Positions 10,553-19,144 of a stretch of DNA of 64,000 nucleotides are shown here, in pieces. How positions within the stretch are numbered: the stretch's first letter is position 1; the number at the start of each line of letters is the position of its first letter. Under the pieces are notes generated by a model that ran no database searches, had not been told where the DNA came from, and saw only the letters and a program-made list of their open reading frames with translations. Position numbers and translations under genes: made by a program. Source of the DNA: Armatimonadota bacterium (GTDB taxonomy: Bacteria; Armatimonadota; Fimbriimonadia; Fimbriimonadales; Fimbriimonadaceae); contig JANNQV010000017.1 of assembly GCA_031400935.1 (NCBI GenBank), positions 1 through 64,000 of the forward strand, written 5' to 3'.

Positions 10553-10582
10553 ATTATGGCGAAGTTGTTGGGAGGTTGTCAA
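10553..10582 (-). promoter_or_regulatory. Sigma70-type promoter pointing into the rpsL leader
   Basis: Minus strand TTGACA-18 nt-CATAAT. Confidence 0.65.
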
Positions 10583-10666
10583 GGGACAGTCCACAGTAGT
10601 CAGCACGATTTGCATTTCTGTGCGCTTCACGTTCTTCACTTAATTTATTCGTCAATTCAAAAATCG

Positions 10667-11416
10667 CTACAACCGATTGATAATTTGCAGTGGAATCATT
10701 GGGCGATCTCCATCTGAAATCACGACGTCTTCAATATCAATCCATTGGTTCCCAACCTTCACCTTTGGGGAACCAAGAGGCATGATAATTGCACCTTGTG
10801 GCCGATTGATCATCGTGCAGGCTGATTGCCTATTGACGTTGATCGAATATCCGCAAATCTCTGACCACCGTTGTGCATCAAGGTGGATTCGAACATTACT
10901 TGCCCTCCGGCTGTTGACACTTTGATTGCCGACAGCGTGCGTTGATGGCGAATATGCTTCTGCCGTTTTTGTTGCCAACATCCAGCGAGCTACTGCTTCG
11001 ACCATTGCGTAATCGCTTTGGTCCACTGGAGACGCTGGTTGAGCGACTCCGTTTACACGCTGATACGAAGTAATAAGGCTAACTAGGACTCGAACCTTGG
11101 AACTTACACATTGGATATCAACGGTGCCAATTCCGGGACTATATCTAATATCTCTGCCGAGCAAAAAGTTTGTGGGCAAGGGGATACCAGGATTATGGGG
11201 TCCGAACGCGCGTGCTGAGCCTCTGTCAACAGTCGATTTCAGAATTCGAGACAATTGATCATCTGGTGTTCGAACTTGATACACACCATTGAAAAGCGTA
11301 TGGTGTCTTTGACGGTTTCGCCAATCGCCATCTTGGTCTCTTGAGAATCCATGGGCGATAATCAGTTGATCATATGGGCTTGTCGTTTGTAGCAAAAGTA
11401 GCACAGAAATGAACAT
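10667..11416 (-). CDS. Hypothetical exported protein with a C-terminal stalk (copper amine oxidase N-terminal-like) domain
   Basis: AAGGAG RBS; short hydrophobic N-terminus; C-terminal IIMPLGSPKVKVGNQWIDIEDVVISDGDRPMIPL pattern. Confidence 0.65.
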   Translation of the reverse strand: MFISVLLLLQTTSPYDQLIIAHGFSRDQDGDWRNRQRHHTLFNGVYQVRTPDDQLSRILKSTVDRGSARAFGPHNPGIPLPTNFLLGRDIRYSPGIGTVDIQCVSSKVRVLVSLITSYQRVNGVAQPASPVDQSDYAMVEAVARWMLATKTAEAYSPSTHAVGNQSVNSRRASNVRIHLDAQRWSEICGYSINVNRQSACTMINRPQGAIIMPLGSPKVKVGNQWIDIEDVVISDGDRPMIPLQIINRL

Positions 11417-11443
11417 TGGGTTACTCCTTTGAATCTTTTATCA

Positions 11444-12859
11444 TTAGCCTGGCGGGAAATAATAGTCGTACCCGTCAATATCAAAAACGACTGGACCTGC
11501 CATGGCAGTTGGTCTCGCTGGGACAGTTGGGTCTGGCAACGCTACGAGAAAGGGATATGGAGGATGGGACTGTTCCGTATCGCCACTGACCACATCGCGA
11601 TACACAAGTCCGTAACTCAAGTTTCCGATCATAGTCTGCCAATAACCAGGCATAGCCCAATTTGCTGCCGGGTTCATATATGTTTGTCCGCCTAGATCCC
11701 ATCGATAAGCCAGAGCGGCATCATGTACAAGACTGCTCGATCTAATAAATTGCTGATGCATAGTGAAGAAAATATGAACGTACAGCCCAGTATCGGCTCC
11801 ATTCGAACCAATAGGAACAACTTTGTTCGTAATGAAAGGTGCTGGTGGATCGCTACCTGACCTGAATAGCTGCTGCAAATCTCCACTAATTCCCAGTGAG
11901 CTTTGTAGAGTAAGTAAGAACGTAGAAACATCAGAACAGTTTCCAGGCTGAATTCCCTCGTCGTACATATGGTTTAGCAACTTGCGCAAGCCGAAAGTTA
12001 CCCCTAAGTCGCTACTGTCTGGGTCGGGCCAATTTACCCAGACGGCACTTACGTCAGGATCACCAAGATTGTAAGCAAAATCGTACGCCCAATAGAGCCC
12101 AAATGTAACGTCGTGAGAAACATCAGTAGGCCCAGCTTTTCCATAGCCGTAATTGCAGGACTTCTCTAACACATCCGTCCATGGAACCGTTTGATGTTCA
12201 ACTGGTGCTTCGTCGGTCAAGTAAAGGCGATAAGTTTCTGTTCCAGTGGAACCAATCGGATCTTGAATAAGGTCAAGTCCTGCGGGAGCCCCGCTAATCG
12301 CAAATAAATGAGAGCCATAGTTCAGCCAACCGAGTGCCACATAATTGGGAACTCCCGTGATTGTAACCGTCACATCGACAGTTCCTCCACTTCCAGGTAT
12401 GGAAACGAAAGTTGGAGCAGCGTTGGTTAAATAGATAGTTTGCGCAGGACGGTCAAAATAGGCAGGCACTTCAAGGCGTGCATTTTCCATCGTTAACGTT
12501 CCAGTAATGGAGCTTGGGTTCTTGTTCGTGAACCTTCGCCTTAAAGTTACTGTTGACCCTCGGCGATAGACAATTCTATCGGTCATTACGGCACCTGGCA
12601 CATAGTTTTGCTCTAAACTAGGATACTGTCCACCACCAACTGGAGGAGATTGTGGCGATCCATCGGGGTTCGAGTAATACCAATACCGGTTTGTAGCTGG
12701 AAAATTACCTGTAAAGTCAACCTGCGTAACGAATACCCACAAATTTGCAGGTGCTAGTGCGACGCACAAAAAGAGAAGAACGAGAACGCTACAGAGCTTG
12801 CCTTGCCTTGCCTTGCCTTGCCTTGCCTTGCCTTGCCTTGCCTTGCCTTGCCTTGCCAT
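11444..12859 (-). CDS. Secreted hypothetical protein with a transglutaminase/papain-like Cys-His-Asp pattern and an SSR in its signal peptide
   Basis: M(ARQGK)4 + LCSVLVLLFLCVALAPA; GNCSDVSTFL...LG, FTMHQQF, VHDAAL. Confidence 0.75.
   Translation of the reverse strand: MARQGKARQGKARQGKARQGKLCSVLVLLFLCVALAPANLWVFVTQVDFTGNFPATNRYWYYSNPDGSPQSPPVGGGQYPSLEQNYVPGAVMTDRIVYRRGSTVTLRRRFTNKNPSSITGTLTMENARLEVPAYFDRPAQTIYLTNAAPTFVSIPGSGGTVDVTVTITGVPNYVALGWLNYGSHLFAISGAPAGLDLIQDPIGSTGTETYRLYLTDEAPVEHQTVPWTDVLEKSCNYGYGKAGPTDVSHDVTFGLYWAYDFAYNLGDPDVSAVWVNWPDPDSSDLGVTFGLRKLLNHMYDEGIQPGNCSDVSTFLLTLQSSLGISGDLQQLFRSGSDPPAPFITNKVVPIGSNGADTGLYVHIFFTMHQQFIRSSSLVHDAALAYRWDLGGQTYMNPAANWAMPGYWQTMIGNLSYGLVYRDVVSGDTEQSHPPYPFLVALPDPTVPARPTAMAGPVVFDIDGYDYYFPPG
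12798..12857 (-). repeat. Perfect pentanucleotide SSR (GGCAA)12
   Basis: 12 exact TTGCC units on the plus strand; starts at the G of the ATG at 12859. Confidence 0.98.
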
Positions 12860-12957
12860 AGCAATATTGTACAGCAATTTTCAGTGGATGTTACACATTT
12901 CTCAAAAAACTTTCAAAATGGACTCTTTTTCCAAGTTTCCTAAGTTGCATCGAAACT

Positions 12958-12966
12958 TGGTACAAT
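12958..12966 (+). promoter_or_regulatory. Extended -10 promoter of rpsB-tsf
   Basis: TG-G-TACAAT immediately before the leader RNA. Confidence 0.6.
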
Positions 12967-12975
12967 GCATCCATC

Positions 12976-13135
12976 TCACACAAGCGTGGAGCGCGATCAG
13001 GTGCCGGGGAGACTCGGAAAGAGAGCGAGCTGCAAAGAGCGGACGGCGGAGAGTGGAGAGCGGAGTCTTTTACCGTTCAATTCCAGACGAAACCGAACCA
13101 ATCCGAACAAAACCCCTACGCTTGAAGGAATAACC
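12976..13135 (+). ncRNA. rpsB 5' leader (t44 / S2 autoregulatory RNA)
   Basis: CACA-CAAGCGTGG pairs with CTACGCTTG (13116-13124); conserved GGTGCC and GGAATAACC elements; lies upstream of rpsB. Confidence 0.7.
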
Positions 13136-13145
13136 TGGAGCATAT

Positions 13146-13964
13146 ATGGCAGAACTCAGCATGAAAGACTTGCTGGAGTCAGGCGTTCATTTTGGACACC
13201 AGACCCGGCGATGGAACCCGAAAATGAAGCGCTACATCTACGGAGCGCGAAACGGGATCTATATTCTCGACCTACACCAAACGATGAAGCTTTTCGAGGA
13301 AGCCCTCGAATTCGTCAAAGGCATCGCCGAAAACGGCGGCAACGTCCTCTTCGTTGGAACTAAAAAGCAAGCCCAAGCCGCAGTTAAAGAAGCTGCTCAG
13401 AAATCTGGAATGTTCTGGGTCAGCGAGCGTTGGCTTGGCGGAACCCTTACCAACTGGAAAACGATTCAGCTTCGAGTGCAAAGACTTAAAGAGCTTGACC
13501 GAATGGAAGCCGAAGGCTATCTTGCGCGACTTCCTAAAAAGGAAATGCTCAAGAGGCTCGAAGAGCGAGCAGAGCTCAACCGATTCCTCGAAGGCATTCG
13601 AAACATGGTTACGATTCCGGAATGCATGGTTGTGATTGACGTAAACAAAGAAGACATTGCGATCAAAGAAGCACGAAAGCTGGGAATTCCTATCGTTGCA
13701 GTAGTGGATACGAACTGCGACCCAGACGTTGTGGACTACGTGATCCCTGGAAACGACGACGCGATTCGAGCCGTAAAACTCGTGACAAGCAAGATCGCAG
13801 AAGTGATTTTGGAAGCTAGGCCGCTAGACGAAGCACTTACAGAAGGCACATTGACCGAAGATGGCGAGATCGCTGAAGACGAAGACAAACCAGTTGAGTT
13901 TGGAGCGGTCGAGCAGGAGTTGCTGCGAGCGTTCGGCGCGGACGAAGTGTTAGAAGGGGTTTAG
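13146..13964 (+). CDS. rpsB: 30S ribosomal protein S2
   Basis: [37 protein letters not shown]. Confidence 0.99.
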   Translation: MAELSMKDLLESGVHFGHQTRRWNPKMKRYIYGARNGIYILDLHQTMKLFEEALEFVKGIAENGGNVLFVGTKKQAQAAVKEAAQKSGMFWVSERWLGGTLTNWKTIQLRVQRLKELDRMEAEGYLARLPKKEMLKRLEERAELNRFLEGIRNMVTIPECMVVIDVNKEDIAIKEARKLGIPIVAVVDTNCDPDVVDYVIPGNDDAIRAVKLVTSKIAEVILEARPLDEALTEGTLTEDGEIAEDEDKPVEFGAVEQELLRAFGADEVLEGV

Positions 13965-14068
13965 GGTGTAGGGGTTTAGGGTTTGGGGTCGAGGGTTTAT
14001 AGGTTTTAAGGTTTTAAGGTCTTACAAGTCCAACAAGTCCGACCAAACCACCCCAAAAACCCAACACA
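13957..14068. repeat. Bipartite array between rpsB and tsf: (GGGTTTA)-type G arm then C/A arm
   Basis: GGGGTTTAGGGTGTAGGGGTTTAGGGTTTGGGGTCGAGGG ... ACAAGTCCAACAAGTCCGACCAAACCACCCCAAAAACCC. Confidence 0.85.
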
Positions 14069-14082
14069 AGGAGAATGAAATT

Positions 14083-14901
14083 ATGGAAATTACAGCAGCA
14101 ATGGTAAAGCAACTGCGCGACGAAACCGACGCGCCAATGATGGAATGCAAAGCCGCCCTAACTGAAGCAGGCGGCGACATGGATAGGGCAAAAGCACTTC
14201 TGCGAGAAAAGGGCAAAGCAGCAGCAGCAAAGAGGGCTGATCGAACGACTGCCGCCGGGGTAGTCGCCATGTCAACAAGCGCCGATGGTAAAACCGTCGG
14301 TGCAGTTGTTTTGGAATCGGAAACTGATTTTGTATCCAAAAATCCTGAGTTTGTGGCAATCGCTCAAAAGATTGCCGACATTTTTCTTTCAAACGATCCT
14401 GGTTCCGACCCTACATCCGTAGCTGGCGTAAAGGATTTGGCAGAAAGCGGCGTTGCCCTTTTTAGAGAGAATGTCAAAGTTGCAAAAGCAGTCAGAATTA
14501 CCTCCACAAACTCGATAGCAACATACGTTCACCACGACAACACAAAGGGATCAATCATCACCTTTGCTAGTGGCGATGGTGCAAATGAAGCGGTCAGAAA
14601 AGTAGCTGTTCATGCAACTGCCTTTCCACCGGAAGTCATCCGTAAGGATCAGTTAAGCCAAGATCGCTTGCAAGCAGAACTAGCCATTGAAAAGCAGCGC
14701 GCAATGAACGAAGGCAAGCCTGAACAAATGGCTGAGAATATCGCTCAAGGCAGAGTGAATAAGGAATTTGTTAAGAGCGCAGTTCTTCTCGAACAGCCTT
14801 TCTATATGGATACCGCCCGTTCAGTAAGCCAGTATTTGGAGCAAGAAGGCAAAGGCGCAACGATTGACGGGTTCGTATATTTGGCTGTTGGGCAGAACTA
14901 G
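14083..14901 (+). CDS. tsf: Elongation factor Ts
   Basis: ITAAMVKQLRDET..MMECKAAL, ETDFV, GKPEQMAENI. Confidence 0.97.
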   Translation: MEITAAMVKQLRDETDAPMMECKAALTEAGGDMDRAKALLREKGKAAAAKRADRTTAAGVVAMSTSADGKTVGAVVLESETDFVSKNPEFVAIAQKIADIFLSNDPGSDPTSVAGVKDLAESGVALFRENVKVAKAVRITSTNSIATYVHHDNTKGSIITFASGDGANEAVRKVAVHATAFPPEVIRKDQLSQDRLQAELAIEKQRAMNEGKPEQMAENIAQGRVNKEFVKSAVLLEQPFYMDTARSVSQYLEQEGKGATIDGFVYLAVGQN

Positions 14902-14904
14902 GAA

Positions 14905-14973
14905 GATGGTATAGGGTGCAGGGTATTGGGTATAGGGTAAAGAACAAACTTCCATGCCCCATACCCCATTCCC
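14905..14973. repeat. Bipartite heptamer array: (GGGTATA)n then (CCCCATA)n
   Basis: GGTATAGGGTGCAGGGTATTGGGTATAGGGT ... CCATGCCCCATACCCCATTCCC. Confidence 0.8.
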
Positions 14974-14983
14974 GTAGCGATCC

Positions 14984-15892
14984 ATGAAAATCGTCGCAAT
15001 TGTCAATCCCAGAAGCGGCCGGGGAGCCGGAAAGCGACTCGCATCATCGGTTCAGGCATACGCAGGAGAACTCGGACTTGACTTTCAATTGCAGTTCACG
15101 GACGGCGCAGGACATGCGACAGAACTTGCTACGATTGCGGCCTCAAAGGGAATCGAATTCGTTGCAGCTTGCGGCGGAGATGGAACGATCCACGAAGTTC
15201 TCAATGGCTTGATGGGAACTAGTTCTATCCTTGCCGCCATTCCTCTCGGAACCGGAAACGATCTTTGCCGCACCCTAGGTTTCGGTACAGATTGGAAATC
15301 CGCTTTAGATGCTATTGCTAATGGTCGAACGATCCTAATGGATATTGGTGAGATCGAAACTAACGATGGATCGCGCTATTTCCACAACATCGCAGGATGC
15401 GGGTTCGATGTTGCGGTCGCCGAAAAAATCAATTCTGGATTCAAAAAACTAAGAGGAACGACCGCTTACATCGCAGGCGTTTTCAGCACGTTCTTCTCCT
15501 ATCGAGCCATTCAAATGAAAATTGAAATTGATGGCGAAACGATAGAGTCTAAAGTTATGCTTTGCGCAGTTGCAAATGCGATCAGCTATGGAGGAGCGAT
15601 GAAGATTGCCCCGATGGCAAGAATTGACGATGGACTTTTGGACATTGTCATTGTCGAAGAAACCTCCCTTTTAGAATTTTTGATGACTTTCCCAAAGGTG
15701 TTCAAAGGCACTCATTTGTCGCATCCTAAAGTCAAACACTTTACGGCTAAGAGCGTTAGAATTGAAGCAAGTACAAAAAGTTCTCTCCTTGCCGATGGAG
15801 AACTTTATTCAGTTACTCCGGCTACCTTTACGATTTTGAGTGGCGCAATTTCGATTATCGTCCCGGCTAGTTTTGAGGCGACATGCGGCTAG
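14984..15892 (+). CDS. Diacylglycerol/lipid kinase family protein (YegS/DAGK)
   Basis: NPRSG, GGDGTIHEV, PLGTGNDL, DDGLLD, ADGE. Confidence 0.92.
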   Translation: MKIVAIVNPRSGRGAGKRLASSVQAYAGELGLDFQLQFTDGAGHATELATIAASKGIEFVAACGGDGTIHEVLNGLMGTSSILAAIPLGTGNDLCRTLGFGTDWKSALDAIANGRTILMDIGEIETNDGSRYFHNIAGCGFDVAVAEKINSGFKKLRGTTAYIAGVFSTFFSYRAIQMKIEIDGETIESKVMLCAVANAISYGGAMKIAPMARIDDGLLDIVIVEETSLLEFLMTFPKVFKGTHLSHPKVKHFTAKSVRIEASTKSSLLADGELYSVTPATFTILSGAISIIVPASFEATCG

Positions 15893-16641
15893 AGAATTAC
15901 TCCTGAGTCCGCCGGAAATATGAGCCAAGGCGACTCAATCTTCTCATCGCATACCAAATCACCGGGTGCAAATGGACTGCCATTTGCATAGCGAATATCG
16001 GCACTCAGTTCGCTACAAATTAACATCGCAGCAGCGCAATCATAGAGCTTTTCGTTTTTGCCGATCAAACCTCTCAACCGTTGAGTTGCCACAAACGCGC
16101 CCGAAACGACAAATGAGCCAAAGTCCCTTCTTTTCCAAGGCATCGGCACCGAAATTGCAGCAGCGGCAGATTCGTTAAAGCATACAAGTTCGTGTTCCTC
16201 AATTTTGCCCGAGGGAATTGGGATCATCGGCTCTCCATTCAAAAACGAGCCTAACCCAAATCCAGAAATGTAAAGCTCATTCAAGTCGGGAAGGGCAATG
16301 CATCCAAGCTGAATCTGCCCTTGCACAATGAGCGCAATGCTAACTCCCCATAGCGGCGAGCCAAATGCGTAATTCGAAGTCCCGTCAATTGGATCAACCA
16401 GCCAAAGTCCTTCTTCGCCTTCAGGCTCAAATCCAAATTCTTCACCCCAAACATTGGTGCATCGAACTAGATTTGGGAGTTCCTCGCGAAGATACTTCTC
16501 GACTTTTCGGTCAGCTGAAGTAACGATGGAGCCATCTGGCTTCAGTTCAGTGACTAAGTTCGCTCGCTCAACGCGTGCCATCTCACCGCATTCATGCCCG
16601 AGACAAATCAGCGGTTCAAGCAGTATTGAGTAGGGGGACAC
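15889..16641 (-). CDS. Inositol monophosphatase family protein
   Basis: VTSAD, GEE, WLVDPIDGTSNY, LYDCAA. Confidence 0.9.
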   Translation of the reverse strand: MSPYSILLEPLICLGHECGEMARVERANLVTELKPDGSIVTSADRKVEKYLREELPNLVRCTNVWGEEFGFEPEGEEGLWLVDPIDGTSNYAFGSPLWGVSIALIVQGQIQLGCIALPDLNELYISGFGLGSFLNGEPMIPIPSGKIEEHELVCFNESAAAAISVPMPWKRRDFGSFVVSGAFVATQRLRGLIGKNEKLYDCAAAMLICSELSADIRYANGSPFAPGDLVCDEKIESPWLIFPADSGVIL

Positions 16642-16700
16642 GAATCAATTATGCCATCCAAGCACGGAAACTTGAAAACTCTCCAAACACCCATTTCCCC

Positions 16701-16742
16701 GATGACCCAATGACCCAATGACCTAATAACTCAACGACCCCC
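16701..16742. repeat. Octamer array (ATGACCCA)n after ftsA
   Basis: GATGACCCAATGACCCAATGACCTAATAACTCAACGACCC; the same unit recurs at about 44476 and 46272-46415. Confidence 0.8.
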
Positions 16743-16744
16743 GA

Positions 16745-17959
16745 TCACATCTCTTTGCCGCTGAGCATAGACCAAATCGTTTTCACCTTCCCGGCAAGAC
16801 CTAATTCCAATTCAGTAGGGGCCAATTCTTCCCGATTGTCGGCCAAAAATTTTGCGGCACCATAGCATGAAGCGTACTTAGCTGATGAAATCCTCGTCTT
16901 TCCTCGCATCTTGCCAATTGAAACGTTGTGCCCTGCCAAGACATCGGTAAACAATTCTTGAATCCCCTCCATTTCAGCGCCGCCGCCCGTTATAACGACT
17001 CCGCCTGGAAGCATCCCTATGTGTCCCGTCCGTTCTAGCTGTTGATAAACGAACTGAGCGATTTCACGCAATCTGCTTTCAATAATTTCGCACAACACCC
17101 TTCGTTGCATCGGGCGGCCATGAATCTGTCCCAATTGCATAACATTGATAGAATCATCTGGCGGAACGAGCGCTGCGACCGCGCATCCGAATTCCAGTTT
17201 CAGCTTTTCGGCTTCCTCCGGTGAAGTCTTTAGCAGCTTCATCAAGTCTGAAGAAACGTGCGACATACCTAGCGGAACCGACGAAGAGGAAACGACGCCC
17301 CCATTGCTGAAGACGGCCAATTCGGTCGAAGTTGCTCCGAGATCAACGACAAGCGAACCGACTTTTCTTTGATCCTCGCTCAATACGGCAAGCCCTGCAG
17401 CAAGCGATCGCAAAACGTACCCGTTGACTTTAATTCCCGAATTGTCGAACGCACGTTCAAGATTTTGAAGTGCAGATCGCTGAGCGGTAACCAAAAGAGT
17501 AGAAACTTCGAGTCGGCTCCCATTTAGCCCAATCGGGCGATTGATCCCGTTTTGTCCGTCAATGGTAAAAGACTGAGGAATCGCTTGAATCTCCTCTCTG
17601 TCAGGAGGCAAAACTTGTCGGCGGCTATGATTGACCACCTGCATTACATCGTCCCTTGAAATTGGCCGAGTATTCGGAACAATAGGCTGCATTCCACGAA
17701 CCATTCGCGAATCAACATTTGATCCACCAATCGTGATCCAAACTGAAGTTGGGCTTTCGCCCAAATCGTCATTCAGCCCTCGAAGGCAATCAGAAATAGC
17801 CCGCTGGGTTTCCTCAAGATCAACAATTGCGCCCTTCTTAACACCCTTGTTTGGCGTCTCAAATGTGGCGAGAATCTTCATTTCACCGCTGTCGTCAAAA
17901 GCTGCTGCCATAGCGGCAACTTTTGAGCTTCCTAAGTCGAAAACTGCAATTTGATCCAT
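16745..17959 (-). CDS. ftsA: Cell division protein FtsA
   Basis: DLGSSKV, GVKKGAIVDLE, VDLGATST, GVVITGGG; last gene of the dcw cluster. Confidence 0.95.
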   Translation of the reverse strand: MDQIAVFDLGSSKVAAMAAAFDDSGEMKILATFETPNKGVKKGAIVDLEETQRAISDCLRGLNDDLGESPTSVWITIGGSNVDSRMVRGMQPIVPNTRPISRDDVMQVVNHSRRQVLPPDREEIQAIPQSFTIDGQNGINRPIGLNGSRLEVSTLLVTAQRSALQNLERAFDNSGIKVNGYVLRSLAAGLAVLSEDQRKVGSLVVDLGATSTELAVFSNGGVVSSSSVPLGMSHVSSDLMKLLKTSPEEAEKLKLEFGCAVAALVPPDDSINVMQLGQIHGRPMQRRVLCEIIESRLREIAQFVYQQLERTGHIGMLPGGVVITGGGAEMEGIQELFTDVLAGHNVSIGKMRGKTRISSAKYASCYGAAKFLADNREELAPTELELGLAGKVKTIWSMLSGKEM

Positions 17960-18361
17960 TTATGAGTTACTCTGCGCTTGTTGTGCCTGCTGTTCTTTGA
18001 GGCGTATCCTATCTTGCGTATCTTTCCATTTCGTCAAAACAAACCGCCGGATCAAGCTCAGGTTCGTGTAAATCCTGCCACCCATCACCAAAACAGCCAC
18101 CAAAAATAAGTCCAAACCGATTTGATCGCCAAGCCACGCCAAGAACAGGGCAATAATCACATTTGCGATGAAACCAGTTACGAACACATCATTATGAAAC
18201 TTTCCTTCCAAACCCGACCGAATTCCTCCTAGAACCGAATCAAGCCCTGCCAAACACGCTACCCCAATATACAGGCCATAGAAATTCGTGATTGGCCCTG
18301 TTTTGAAGAGGAACGGAATCATGAATCCAATTACCAGTGCAAGAACAGGCAATAGTATCAT
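17960..18361 (-). CDS. sbp: Small basic protein (DUF1290/Sbp family)
   Basis: Y...ACLAGLDSVLGGIRS..EGKF...VFVTGF..N, RIYTNLSLIRR. Confidence 0.85.
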   Translation of the reverse strand: MILLPVLALVIGFMIPFLFKTGPITNFYGLYIGVACLAGLDSVLGGIRSGLEGKFHNDVFVTGFIANVIIALFLAWLGDQIGLDLFLVAVLVMGGRIYTNLSLIRRFVLTKWKDTQDRIRLKEQQAQQAQSNS

Positions 18362-19137
18362 TCGCCTTTGTCCCTTGTCTTTCCTTCCGTACTTTTGGCA
18401 GTAACTGGAATCGCGAATTCTGCCTTAGTCGGCCCGCCATAAGCTTCAATGTGTACCGATTTTAGTTTTTCAATTGAAACCATGTCGGGAGACGTTTGAC
18501 GAATCTCATCCAAAACTCCTCCGGGCAGATTAAGACCGCCAAACAATGCTTCCATGTTCCCTATTGCGATGATGGTGATGGGAGACGCAATGGGAATGTT
18601 GTCCACATGAATGACTGGGCCCACACATCGGAACGAGGATCGAGAAATTACACGGTGCCCATTTACAGAAATCGCCTCCGCGTGGGCGGCGTGCAACTCG
18701 TTGACAACTCTCATAACATCTTGGTCGTGAATGATCACATCTTGTGCGGTCATGTCTCCGGATTTGGCGTCGGAAAGCACAATCTTTACTCCCTGCCCTT
18801 GAACCGGAACGAGGCCAGCAAAAAGCTTCGCCTCCTGCAAGTTCTCATTTAGCATCTTGCTTTCTTGATCGCTGCTTCCCATCGAATTTTCGAGTTGCGT
18901 AACCTTCTTTTGAAGGGTTGACATCGCTTCTTGCATTTTCGAATATTCGCCGATCATATCTATTGCGCCAGTGCGCAAGCGATCACCCTGGAGCCGCCCT
19001 ACTCGTTGCAAAACTGCACTTCGATTGGTCGAGGTGATCCACGCAAAATTGAGCATAACGCCAAGAATCAGTGCCATAATCGAAACTGGAACAACCCAAC
19101 TATTTTGTCCTGAAAGCCGAGAGAGAAAGGGGTTCAT
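18358..19137 (-). CDS. DUF881 family protein (YlxW/YlxX-like)
   Basis: TM + coiled coil; AGLVPVQGQGVKIVLSD, IHDQDV..VVNEL..A.AEAISVNG.R, PITIIAIG. Confidence 0.9.
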   Translation of the reverse strand: MNPFLSRLSGQNSWVVPVSIMALILGVMLNFAWITSTNRSAVLQRVGRLQGDRLRTGAIDMIGEYSKMQEAMSTLQKKVTQLENSMGSSDQESKMLNENLQEAKLFAGLVPVQGQGVKIVLSDAKSGDMTAQDVIIHDQDVMRVVNELHAAHAEAISVNGHRVISRSSFRCVGPVIHVDNIPIASPITIIAIGNMEALFGGLNLPGGVLDEIRQTSPDMVSIEKLKSVHIEAYGGPTKAEFAIPVTAKSTEGKTRDKGE

Positions 19138-19144
19138 ATTTTTG

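Noticed and set aside
10457..10639. 60-aa ORF upstream of rpsL
   Set aside because: Overlaps a strong promoter match and has no recognisable protein features; better read as a leader region.
12798..13133. Plus-strand ORF with (PCLAL)n repeats
   Set aside because: Antisense reading of the GGCAA tract, running through the rpsB promoter and leader.
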